Shown: positions 52,219 through 64,000 of the stretch, one piece after another
Layout of the letters: each line of letters starts with the position of its first letter
Numbering within the stretch: the stretch's first letter is position 1
Source: Ginglymostoma cirratum
Lineage: Eukaryota
NCBI GenBank assembly: GCA_024137785.1
Contig: JAHRHZ010000009.1
Location: 15,211,892-15,275,891, forward strand
DNA length: 64,000 nucleotides
Direction: 5' to 3'
Notes under the pieces: model-generated
What the model saw: the letters and a program-made list of their open reading frames with translations, nothing else
What the model was told of the DNA's origin: nothing
Database searches by the model: none
Made by a program: the position numbers and the translations under genes

Positions 52219-55179
52219 AATGGAGCATTTAAAAAAGGGAGGTCTTGCTAAAACTCTTGAAGGAGCAAGTCATACCACAGCTGGAATACCATGAACAGTT
52301 TTGGGACCCTTACATAAAGAAAGATATACTCCATTGAAGGCAGTCCAGAGAAGGTTCACGAGGTTGATCTTGGTATGGAGAGATTTTCTTATGAAGAGAG
52401 TTTGAGTAGGTTGAGCCTTTACTCATTGGAGTTTAGTAAAAAGAGAGGTGAATCTATTGAACCATACATTATTCTCAGAATGCTGAAAGGTTGTTTCCCT
52501 TGTGGTAGAGTCTAGGACCAGAGGGCAAGGGTTGAGTGTTCACCCAGTTAGGAGAGAGATAAGGAGAAATTTCTTCTCTCAGGGACTAGTGAACCTGTGG
52601 CATTCTTTACCACAGTGGGCGGGTTGATGAGACTATTCAGGGCTGAGCTAGATAGGAAGGAATCAAGGGTTATGGGGAAAAGGCAAGAAAGTGGATTTGA
52701 AGATTATCTGATCAGCCATGATCTCATTGAATAGCATAGCAGATGTGAAGGATTTCTACTTCTCATAGCCTTATTGTAAGAATGTTGTCCTCACTCCCAC
52801 AGGGAGTGATTGAGATGAATAGCACAGATACGTTTAAGGAGCAGCTTAATAAGCTCATGGGGGAGAAAGGAATATTAGGACATATCGATGGCTTAAGATG
52901 AGTGGAGCGGGAGGAGGCTAGTGTAAATCATATACCAGTTGAACTGAAAGCTCTGTTTCTCTAATGCTGGTTCTATGTAATTCTATGTGAAATCTTAAAA
53001 CTGTGCAATTTCTTTTATCCACCTTGCTTCTGCATGCTGTCCACAGACAATAAAAATCTCAGATTCACGTCAGCTTATGCGTGAAATTCATTGATGTTTT
53101 CTCACCCTGTCTTTTCAACATTGGCTGTGCCCATATAGAATTGGTGACACAAATTATTCTTTCATTTGACGTAAATTCTGGAACCAGAAGTAAGACCATT
53201 TAAACAATTTATTAATGTAGCTAATTCTGAGATTTTTTTTATGTGAGGGCAACTGGAACACTCTCTCAGGAAATTGCATCTACATTGTAATAAACCCCAT
53301 TAGTAAAGGAAGTAAGTGATAGTCTACAATTATTGCTGGCTGAATTTGATAGTTATTTGACAAATTTCCTTTCCCTGCTTGAGTTCTGAACTTCAGAGCT
53401 CCTCCTTCTTTTACAATAGTTCAACTCATTCATGTATGCTCTACCCAAAGGCACGTCCTTGACTTGTTGTTTGTTGATGTGTCATCCAGAACTGTTTCCC
53501 TTCCCAGTGGTGGTTTGTCATTGCCTTTTATTCTCAGGGCCTGTGAGTTATTCTAAACTGCACAGTAGCCATCTATCCAACTGAGCAAACAAATGTCAAA
53601 GAGGGAGCAGATCTCTGTTGTTAAAGTGGGAAAAAAACCTGCAGGGTTGAGTGGAATAAACAAGGGGATTGGGACTAACTGGATGGCTCTCTTAAAGAAC
53701 CAGCACACTGGGCCAAATGGTCTCTTTCTGCATCTTCTGATTCTGTTCTATGATTTCCTGAACAGGGTATAAAATGTTGCAGCGCCATTCATTAGTGTGT
53801 AGTAAATACTAATTAGGATAGGCTGCCATCCATTAGAAAACCATAGCCAAATGCTGAGTGCATTTGGAGATCATTTCATGGAAAGGAAATAGTTTACTAT
53901 TCATTAAAATAAGCTGACAACATAAGCATGACATTAGCCCTCAAATGAAAAATAGGGGAAATTTCATCGATTGTAACGGTAGAAACACAAAACTTTGAAA
54001 GATGCATGTCCTATGGTTGCAATTTCACTTGTGATGCCACAAAATACCAAAAAATCATAATGTGCTCACAATAATAATCCATTCAATATCTCCCTTTGCA
54101 ATTAACAAATCACCGGACAGATAGAAATGTCACAATGATGATTAATCTTGCCGTGAATGTACAATCAGCTGTGGATTTTTGAACAAAATGAGAGTAAACT
54201 GGGATTAAGTGATAAAACAGAGCATCACATAGTATCTACAACACAGAAAGAGGCTGTTCGGTCCAATGGTCTATGCTGATGTCTATGGTCCATCTCAATA
54301 TCACCCTATCCAACAACCCACACCTAATTCCTCAACGAAGATTGGTGCATGCTTATTTTTGATGGAAATGGACTATAGCTCATATGGGCCAAGAATTACA
54401 ATGTATCTCACTGAACGTTGTGCTAACTACAACTGAAATCTGCTGGAATTCTGGAAGAAGTAGTAAAACTAAGAAAAGTACAGGGATAAAACATGAATGC
54501 TGAAGTTGCAGAAAAAGACAAGGTATTAATGACGGTTGCAATTGTTAAAGATATTAGTGAAAAGTTTTTTTGAACTTTTAAAATCCTGCTGGAAAAGGAT
54601 CTTTCCAAAAAAATACCAGGGATGAGGGTCATCAGCCAGGGACAGAGTCTGGAGAAGTTGGGGCTATATTTTGTCATCAAATCTCACAGCTCTTTGAAAG
54701 AGCTATCCCACTTCTCCTGTTCTTTACCAATGGCCCTGAAAATGTTGTCATTCAAGCTAATATTTAATTCCATTTTGAAAGTTGCTGTTGAATCTCACCA
54801 CACTTCCAAACAGTGCAGTCCAGATCTGGAAAACCCACTGTGTAAAACAAATTCTCTGCAGCCCCTCTTTTGACTCTTTTCTGATTATATTGAAATCTCT
54901 GTCTTTGGTTACCATACCTCCAGCCTATAAAAAGAGTTTCTTCTTGTTTACATTTCAAAGACACTCATAATATCAAATCTCCCCTTAATTTTACCAGCTT
55001 TACAAGAGAACAAGCAGAGCTTGTGTGGATGTTTTAATAGTTTAGCTCCACTCACCTGTAGTATGTTAAATAATTGAGAGCCACTTCTTGTCATCCTACT
55101 TCATGCCAGACTCACTTTTGTTCTCTCAGTCATTTCCTCTGGCCTTTCCTTTCTGTCACACTTGCTGCATGTCGCTTTT

Positions 55180-55520
55180 TTTATTCATTCGATGTGGATG
55201 TGTCTGGCTAGGCCAGCATTTATTGCCCATCCCTAATTGCCCAGAAGACAGTTAAGAGTCAACCACATTGCTGTGGGTCTGGAATTGCATGTAGGCCAGA
55301 CCATGTAAGGATGGCAGGCTCTTTCCCTAAAGAACATGAGCGAACCAGACTGGTTTTTCCAACAATCGGCATTGGTTCCATGATTATCACAAGACACTTA
55401 ATTCCAGATTTTTAATTGAATCCAAATTCCCATCTGCTCTATGAACTGGCATCCCCACATCATTACTAGGGACTCTGGATTAATAATCAACTGATAATGT
55501 TACCAGGTCATTGCCTCCCC
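55180..55520 (-). mobile_element. tRNA-derived SINE sharing its 3' tail with the CR1-group LINE
   Basis: Tail ggccagcatttattgcccatccctaattgccc; a + strand copy of the head and body lies at about 62715-62955. Confidence 0.8.
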
Positions 55521-57445
55521 CTAAATTTTTTTATTTTCTGTCATACCTGTATCTCTCATTGTTATTTCCTCTCACCCTTACTTCTTGTCACCCTTACTTC
55601 CTGTCATCATTGCTTCATCCTCTCACAGTTTTCTTTCGTTCATACGCTTCAGACATCAGCCGTAGTATTCAGGTTTTCAGGTACATCCAAAGGAGGAAAG
55701 TAAAGTAGGAAGGCAGGGACATTTAGAAAGAGACTCCAGAGTATAGAACCCAGGCAGCTGAAGGAATGGCCACCGATTTCGGAGTGATTTAAAATTGGGG
55801 ATGTTCAAGAGGCCAGAATTGGATGATGTAGAAATGTTGGAGTGTTGTGAGGCTGGAAGAAATCACAGAGATAGGGAGAGGCGAGGCCTTGAAAGGATTT
55901 TAAAACAAAGATGAGAATTTTAAAATGTAGCTTTGTTTGACTGCAGGCAAGAATAGGTTAGTGAGTGAGCACAAAGGTGCCAGATAAATGGGCCTTACAA
56001 TACCAATATTCTGGCGTTCTGGACAATGGCAGTCAAATATTGGGGCAACAGTTACAGAAGTATGGAAATAAATGTAATAATTCTTAAAGTAGATATTGAG
56101 GTATCATTCCCACTCATATTTCCAGCATGGAAATTTGGAAATAGTTCTGTAATCTTGTTGAACTCTATCAGTATGTAATGATTTATTCCAACAGATCAGA
56201 CAATAGTGAGAATTACCTGGCATGAACTAATGATCATGACCAGAGAGCCATCTGTTTAAGCGAATGTTGATGTTAATTAATACTATCAAGTTAGTTGAAC
56301 CATGACTGTTGCTTACTGGTAACACAAGGCAAAATCTAAAATCTCATTCCTTAATGTTATTTTGTCTCTCCTGTATTCTACCAATACACAGAAACGTCTC
56401 TTTGTTCCTTTATCACTGCCATCTCCTCCAGAACCCTTTCATTCGTTCATTTCATCAAAACTACATCTAACTTTTGTGCTCTGATAAAAATCAATTGGCC
56501 ATTGACTGGAAACATGTAATTAAGTTTCTCTGTCCACTGAGGCTGCCTGATGACTAAGCATTTCCAGGATTTTCTGCTTGCAATTCCAGAAAAACGTGAG
56601 ATATTTTAGCCTGACCCAGGGATGTGCGATGTCGTATAAAAAAATCTGCTTTCATTTAGACCACATATCATTTGATTTGGACTCTGGATGTGTAAAATAA
56701 ATTATTCCTGGTCCAAATAATTACTGTAAACCTTGAGTTCTTTAAAAAAACAGTTAGCACTTAAAATTCCTGTATACAATCCTGGGTATTAACCCTGTTT
56801 TTCTGTTTTTTCTCTGTCTCTTCTTAGCATCTTTGGCTAAATTTAGAAAAATTGTCGTCTGGCGTAATACCAAGAGAAAGAACCAAGTGATGATTCATTT
56901 GCGTGTCACACAGATCTGAGTATGCTCATTATTCCGAAAAGAAACTCAAAGGCAAGTGAGAAAAGTGCAATTTGAACATTTCTTATTAAAGGTCTTGTTA
57001 AAGGTCCTTAATGGTAGGTTTACAAAGAATTTCTTAAATCTGTTTTTAAACTAATCAGAGTGGATGTGGAAAGGATATTTCCTCTTGCAAGAGGAGCTAG
57101 AGCTGGCATCACTGTTTAGAAATAAGGGGTTTCCCCTTTAGGACAAAAGTTTGGAGGATATTTTTCAGACTATCATTGTCAATCTTTGGAATGCTTCCTC
57201 AAAAGGCAGTGGAAGCAGAGCCTTTGAATATTTTCAAGGTAGAAGTTCTCAGAAGATAACACATCTGATGACACATCTGTCTCCATCAGAACATCTTGTA
57301 GGCGTTCCTGATTTTCCACCAAAAGGCAGTGTGACAACCTCAGAGTGGGTGGAACTGAACACAGTTTCAGCATGAGTTCTTTCAGAGCCATCACCATATG
57401 CAGTATATTAAAGTTTGATGAAAATACAGAAACAGCTTTCCTTAC

Positions 57446-57592
57446 CTGCATTAGAACAGATCAGACCATCTGAATTGCGACACATTTCTTTGCTTTTCTT
57501 CCTGGGAATATTGCAAGTCTTGGGATAATGACAAGCAATCCCAGACCAGCCATGGTCACAGATGCATTTCCCGCAATCACATTGCCCATGGC
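57446..57592 (-). CDS. ITGBL1: ITGBL1 internal coding exon (147 nt, phase 1-1; human exon 3 equivalent)
   Basis: Reverse strand aactag|GC CAT GGG...AAT GCA G|gtaagg. Translates [50 protein letters not shown], matching recalled human ITGBL1 [24 protein letters not shown]...ICSNAG. Confidence 0.95.
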
Positions 57593-58244
57593 CTAGTTAC
57601 AGAGGAACAAATAAAGTCACAAGCGGTCCCCAGATATCGAATCTTTTCAAACAAAAAATCCACAAACATGTTTTTAATAGTTCAGAAACAGTCAACAAAT
57701 TCACGTTACATGAACTTCTACTCTTGCTGATGGTGAACTTGGTGGTGGGAAAGACATTTAATTAGACAGGGTAGTGTCAGACACAAACCCTGTCACCTTA
57801 GCGAGAATTAAGCTCTGGCAGGAAGACCTGTGGTTGACCTTCCCATCCTACAACCAATTAAAAGCCTTACGTGATTAATTAAAGAGCCCTTAAAATCCTC
57901 AACCTACTACTGCTGGGGTTGACCTCACTGCAGGTGAGTCTGTCACCATGTGGCATGAATGACAGACACACTGTGCAGGTCACATTAATTGAGAGGGCGG
58001 TGGGGACAGTCTCTAGATTAAATCCTTGCCTGGGTCCTCCACAATTCTGCACAATTTGGGTGAGGGAGTGGGGAGGGGATGGAGGAGGGAAGTCTTTACA
58101 GCTCCAACTGTAACCTCCTGGCATGTGTTTCGACTGGACCTCCTGAAAACAGTCAGTGCAAGTCTCTTACGGGCTTTCGGGCCAGCAGCTGATGGCAGCT
58201 CCAATGTCACAACAGAGTTTCATCCACATTGTGGGATACTAGAG

Positions 58245-58830
58245 CACAAATAGAGTCGTACAGCACGGTAACAGACTCTTTGATTCAACCATTCCATATC
58301 GACCATAATCCCAAACTAAACTACCCCCACCTGCCGGCATTTGGCCCATATCCCTCCAAACATTTCATATTCATGTACTTATCCAAATATCTTTTAAACA
58401 TTGTAACTGTAGCCACATCCACCACTTTCTCTGGAAGCTCATTCCACACACAAACCACTCTCTGTGTAAAAAATAAATGCCCCCATGTTTTTTTTTAAAA
58501 CATTCTCCTCTCATCCTAAAACCATGCCCTCTAATCTTGAAATCCCATGCCCCAGGAAAAAGAGACCTGCCATTTACCTTATCTATTTCCTTCGTGATTT
58601 TATAAACCTCTACAAGGTCGCCCCTTGATCTCCTACATTCCAGTGAGAAAAGTTCCAACCTATCCAGCCCCTCCTTATAACTCAAACCCTCCACTTCTGG
58701 CAACGTCCTGGTAAATCTCTTCTGAACCCTCTCCAGATTAATAATAATATCTTTCCTTTAATAAGGAGACCAGACATGGACACAGTACCCCAGAAGAGGC
58801 CTCACCAATGTCCTGTACAACTTCAACATA
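58245..58830 (-). mobile_element. CR1 LINE 3' end
   Basis: EGLSYKEGLDRLELFSLECRRSRGDLVEVYKI in ORF 58371..58703. Confidence 0.92.
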
Positions 58831-60389
58831 AATGGCTAATATGTCTCTCTGACATTTCTTCCTTTGCTTAAAAATATTCATCACCTCCTCTGAAACAGAG
58901 GAGAGGAACATTTAAAATTGACGCAATCTTCCTCATGCAATTATTCCAAATATGAGACCAAGGATTAACCCAACAGGACTCATTCAGGCATTAACAGTGT
59001 TATAACATATCCTGCAGATTATTGAACAGGAAGAGGCCATTCAGCCTGTTCCTCGAGGCTGTTGCACCACGCAGTTAGATCTGTATCTTAACTGCATTCA
59101 TCTGCCTCAGCTCTAAAACCCTTCTGGCCTTTCCAACAAAAATCAATAGTTCTGATGAAAGGTCAGAATCAGCTTCTGTCTCTAGACCTGCTGAGTATTT
59201 TCAGCATTTCTATTGATTTTAAAACAAAAACTGATTTCAGTTTTGATCATGTCAATTTACCCTCCCTCTCTGCAGCTTCGTAGTGGACAGTGTCACAGAT
59301 TTCCAATATCTTTTGTGTAACGTACTTCTTGATATGACCCCCAAATGCTAGAGCTCTACCTTTAAGATTATGGCCCTTTCTCTGAGCACTCTCCCCACTG
59401 CCCACTCCAACGGAACCAATTCTCTCCGTCACCGCTATCAGATGCTTTGATTATTTTAAATTCCACATTTAGATCACTCATAATTGTCCATTCTGAAAGA
59501 GGTAGAAGCATGGTCTATCCAACTTCTCATAATTGAACACTTTTTGGCCCACAATCTTTCTGGTCCATCTATGCTTCACCCTGTCCAAGGACAAAATATT
59601 TTTCTTGAGGTCTGATGCCCAGAACTGAGCTCAATTACTCCAGATAGGGATTAATTAAAGCTTTTATATAACTGTTGAAAACCACCACCCAAGACATCAG
59701 GCTCTTTCAGATTTCGACTGAACTAGTGAGTGTGGCCAATGATTTCTTTTTATCCTGTTTTCATTTAATTTACATTGGTTTGAGTGACACAATGAATTGA
59801 ATTCTGTATTCTTAACCAATGCCCTATAAGTCCAATTACAGTTTTCTTTAAATCACAAATGTTTAACTAATAATTAAAAAAAGTGAAGAGAGTCGGCAGT
59901 CTATTTATCAAAAAAGCAATATTTGATGCACCATTAAGTCAGATAATGAAGATCAGTGACTATGATGTGAAATTCTCCAATAGGTCCTTCATTAGAAACA
60001 ATTGTGCAGCAGTCCACCACAATAATGTAAAAAATGAAACCTATTCTGTAATAATTCTTTTAAAAATTATTGAATTGTATAAGGGATGTATCAAATGAGC
60101 AGGATGCATCCATGCTACATTATTCTAACTACTGTGTAACAATAATTAACAGCCTGGATTTTCAAGATGCACTTAATTAATGATTGCCGCTTCTATAAAA
60201 GATACAGAGTTGCAGAACCTTCTGGGATGACACCAGAAATGTCGGAACCTAAACATTCAGGTAAGTGAGATAAATAGGAAAGGAAAGAAATTAGAAAACA
60301 AAAAGCCGAAACTGATAGAAATACCCAACTCATTTGTCAAAATCGGAATGGGAAAGGTGTGTTGACGTTTCAGATGGCGAGGGGAGCCT

Positions 60390-60520
60390 TGATGTGGAGG
60401 TGCCAGTGTTCGACTGAGGTGGACAAAGTCAGAAGTCACACAACAAAGGGACTACACTCCAAAAGCTTGTGATTTCAAATAAACCTGTTGGATTATAACC
60501 TGGTATCATGTGATTACTGA
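60390..60520. mobile_element. Fold-back Penelope-derived insertion, family C
   Basis: Same 5' sequence as 183-240 (gatgtggaggtgccagtgtt...gtcagaagtcacac), followed by the inverted arm aaataaacctgttggattataacctgg...gtgattactga. Confidence 0.65.
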
Positions 60521-60639
60521 AGTTTCAGAAGAATACCTGTGTTAGATCAAAAATTTGTCTTGAGATCTTGATTTAATTTTTCCTTACAAATTCGTAGTTT
60601 TATTTTCCCCTGACTAGTTCAGAAGAAGGAAAAGGTACA

Positions 60640-61000
60640 TTTGCATTTCTGAAGGATATTTTGCGACCTATCCAACCTGTTTCACAGGCACTGAAATACT
60701 TTTGAAGTGTAACCACTGTTATGATGTAGAAAACATCATACTCAATTTACATGCAGCAAGCTCCCACAAACAGGAATGAGATAATGTCCAAACAATATGT
60801 TTTTTTAATAATATAGTTGATGGATAAATATTGACCAGGATACCAGAAAGAACTGACTGACTCTTCTTCAAAATAGTCTCATGAGATCTTTCAGCCTCAC
60901 TTGAGCAGAGTTGGACAGGGCCTCAGTTTAACATCTCATCAGAAAGACATTCCTGACAGGTATTAGGGTGCTGGCCTGGATTTGGTACTGAAGTCTCTGC
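60640..61000 (-). mobile_element. SacSINE1-like DeuSINE
   Basis: gataaatattgaccaggatacc...ctcttcttcaaaatagtctcatgagatcttt, the Deu core in reverse. Confidence 0.78.
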
Positions 61001-61225
61001 TCATTGAGGTATAGCTGGAGCCTGTACTGGGATGATTTGCTGATTTGTAGTAATTACAGCTTTAATACCATAAATTGCATAATTATTGCACTGCTGCTAA
61101 TGTTCAACACAGTGCTAAATCTAACCCTTTAGGGCCATTAAAATCAAATTGAACAGGTTAATAAAGAATTGTTTACCATTGATTTAACACATTGTTTCTT
61201 GATTTAACTATTTTACTGTACCTCT

Positions 61226-61565
61226 AGAACATAGGACATAGAACATTACAGCGCAGTACAGGCCCTTCGGCCCTCAATGTTGCGCCGACCTGTGAAACCA
61301 ATCTGAAGCCCATCTAACCTACACTATTCCATTATCATCCATATGTTTATCCAATGACCATTTAAATGCCCTCAAAGTTGGTGAGTCTACAACTGCTGCA
61401 GGCAGGGCATTCCATGCCCTGACTACACTGTGAGTAAAGAATCTACCTCTGACATCTGTCCTATATCTATCACCCCTCAATTTAAAGCTATGTCCCCTCA
61501 TGCTAGCCGTCACCATCCGAGGAAAAAGGCTCTCACTGTCCACCCTATCCAATCCTCTGATCATC
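61226..61565 (-). mobile_element. Relatively young CR1 LINE 3' end
   Basis: MIRGLDRVDSESLFPR...RGRFFTHSVVRAWNALP; tail agaacataggacatagaacattacagcgcagtacaggcccttcggccc. Confidence 0.92.
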
Positions 61566-61706
61566 TCTGGTCAGCCTCCCGAATTCTATCCTTTGTAAGT
61601 TCAAGACCATCCACAACTCTACTGCCCTTGTCCAACCTCACGACAAATGTCATTCACTCACTTGTGCTTGTAGAATGAGCAATTCTATTCTTGTTTACAA
61701 ATCCCA

Positions 61707-62062
61707 GAATTCAGCCCATCAAGTTCACACTGACCCTCTGAAGAACATCCCACACAGACCCACCCTGTCCCTGTATCCCTGCAATTTTAATGGCTAATCC
61801 ACCTAGACAGTACATCCCTGGACACTATGGGCAATTTAGCATGGCCAATCCACCCTAACCTGCACACTTTTGGGCTGGGTGAGGAAACCGGAGTCCCCAT
61901 AGGAAACCAAGCAGACACAAGGAGGACGTGCAAACTTCAAATCTTCACAAGATGTTTACATGAATGGTTCCAAAAATAAAGAGCTTAAGACAATCACCTG
62001 ATGGTGGAATCAAACCCAGGTCGCTGTGATGCATTGTGGAACAGCAGCGCCAATCACTGAGC
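61707..62062 (-). mobile_element. HE1-like V-SINE with a ~48-bp internal insertion
   Basis: V-domain intact; extra sequence between gtgcaaacttca and agacaatcacc. Confidence 0.85.
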
Positions 62063-62079
62063 CCTTATTTGGGGTAGAA

Positions 62080-63460
62080 TTAATAGTCACATGGAGAAAT
62101 GTTGTTAATTCAGAACAGACAAAATAGATTTGTTAATGGTAAGTTATGTCTGATTAAAGTGGAGTTTTTTGAAGCGGTTTTGGAGAGGATTGATGATGAC
62201 AATGCCGTTAATGTAATGTACATGGATGTTCAGAAGGTGCGCAATACAATACATACATCGGTGAAAAATTATAAGCATTGGAATAAAAAGACAAGGAGCA
62301 ACACAGATACAAAATTGGCCGAGGAATAGGAAACATGTTAATTTTTTTTTTGGGGTGGACTGGATTATTTGTCGTGGAATTCCCATGGGGTCATTATTAT
62401 CATTTGCTGTTCCCGATAGATATGAATAGATATACATTTATCGACATAGATTTTGATGTCCAGGGGGCAATTTCAAAGTTTGCAGCTGAACACACTGTAA
62501 ACAAAAAGGAAGACAGTGTTGAACTCCAAAGAGACAGAATCAACTTGGTGCAGTAGGCAGCATCTGGATAGTGTGCCTGAACAGTCTAAGGTGCTGAACT
62601 CAAGTTATGGTGATAAAGAGGTGTGAGTTTGAATATTGCTACTGCCAGGTTTGATCTGGAGTTCTCTTTCAGCTGCTGCCATGCACTGTTTGGGTCAGAA
62701 ACCTCTGTTTTTGGGGAAGGGAAGGCTTAGTGATATTATCGCTGGGCTGTTAATCCAGAGACCCAGGTAATGTTCTGGATATTCAGGTTCAAATCCCACC
62801 ACAGGAGATGATGGAATTTGAATCCAATAAAAATCTGGTATTAACAGCCTGATGATGGCCATGAAACTATTGTCAATTGTCAAAAAAACCTATCCAGTTC
62901 ACGAGGGTGCTTTAGGGAAGGAAACAGCCATCCTTATGTGACTCTGGACCCACAGTTCAATGCAGAGAAGTGTAACTTGAAATATTTTTGTTCAAAGAAC
63001 ATGGAGAGACAGTAGAAAAGAAAGAATACTTTAAAGGTCTAAAGGGTGTACTGGAACAGAAAGACCAAGATCTTTATATGCATACGTCACTAAAGGCGGC
63101 AGGGTCTATTTTGCACTTCAGCAATAGGGCAAAAGTGCAAGAGTGAAGTGGTTATGTCAAACCCCATGAAAGATACTAATAATACTTCAGCTGCAGAAAC
63201 GTGTATAGATCTGGACACCACACTTTAGGAAGATTGTCGATGCACTGGAGAGAATGCAGAAAATGTTTAAATGAATGGTTCCAAAAATGAAGAACTTAAG
63301 TTATAAGGATATATTGGAGAGGTTTGGATTGTTTTCCTTGAAGGGGAGAAGGCTAAAAGGAGATTTAATAGAAGTTTACAAAGAGCGTTTGGAATGTATT
63401 CCCTGGGAGAGTGTGCAGGTTAGTTCAATTCAGACACTCGAGAGAGTATTAGATGATTAA
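62080..63460 (+). mobile_element. Old CR1 LINE RT fragments split by a SINE
   Basis: AVNVMYMDVQKV (YLDF.KAFD), ISKFAAE (FADD), LSYKDILERFGLFSLKGRRLKGDLIEVYK. Confidence 0.82.
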
Positions 63461-63767
63461 GTAGATTTAAATTTAGACTTTATTGTCACATGTACTCAAG
63501 TACAGAAGTACGGGAATACAATGAAAGTGTCTAATGTCAACACACACAGCGCCATCTTCGGTACAAAGCTACCTAGATGCAAAAAACTTAGGTACAAAGT
63601 AGTAAGAAAAACAGAGATAAAAAGTTAAGCATTACCTTCATAGAATAAGTAGAAAAATAAGGAAATAAGGTAATAGTTAATATTAAAGGCATTCTTAATT
63701 TAAACCAGAAAATAAAGGAATTAAGTTAAAAGTTCAACAGTCTTTGATGAATCAGCCACTTATATCG

Positions 63768-64000
63768 GGCCTAGACACCGCCATGTGCCACTGAGACACC
63801 AGGCCCAGAAACTACCATGCGTCGCCAAGACAACAGGGCTGGGGCACCGCCGTGTGCTGCTGAGACACTGGGCCCAGACACCACCATGTGCCACCGAGGC
63901 ACCAGGCCCAGACACCGCCATGTGCCACCAAGAAACCAGGCCCTGACACTGCCATGTGCTACCAAGACACTGGGCCCAGACACCGCCACATGCCACCAAG
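63768..64000 (+). repeat. GC-rich 34-bp minisatellite, about 7 units, running off the window end
   Basis: Unit ggcccagacaccgccatgtgccaccaagacacca starting at 63768, 63802, 63836 and onward. Confidence 0.95.

Noticed and set aside
63760-63999. Repetitive ORFs at the window end
   Set aside because: Translations of the 34-bp minisatellite; the unit is not a multiple of 3.

Overview
Eukaryotic, AT-rich, repeat-dense vertebrate DNA. The repeat content (HE1/V-SINEs, SacSINE1-like DeuSINEs, shark-type CR1/L2 LINEs, Penelope-like elements) points to a shark or other elasmobranch. The whole window lies inside one minus-strand gene, ITGBL1 (integrin beta-like 1). Six symmetric phase-1 exons are present (57446-57592, 46880-47002, 45755-45895, 42023-42163, 35537-35683, 3173-3289; equivalent to human exons 3-8 as I recall them), each encoding about one Cys-rich integrin-EGF repeat. 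Start and stop lie outside the window, and the ORF track catches only one of these exons in the correct frame. The rest is intron filled with degenerate retroelements. Two unexplained structures stand out. (1) An array inside the RT region of a LINE, where a 14-bp LINE target word (AATTAGGTCAGAAG) recurs seven times, separated by different 100-200 bp cargo pieces (tRNA-like SINE heads, a tRNA-Asn pseudogene, unique DNA). A second inverted cluster lies next to it, and the same SINE hits the equivalent site in another LINE copy. (2) Numerous tiny Penelope-derived insertions from three families, many of them fold-back palindromes with clear target-site duplications and minimal hammerhead ribozyme cores, several in the sense orientation of the ITGBL1 pre-mRNA. 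The 400-N gap looks like an assembly artefact caused by one of these palindromes. Repeat family names are from recognition, not database searches.
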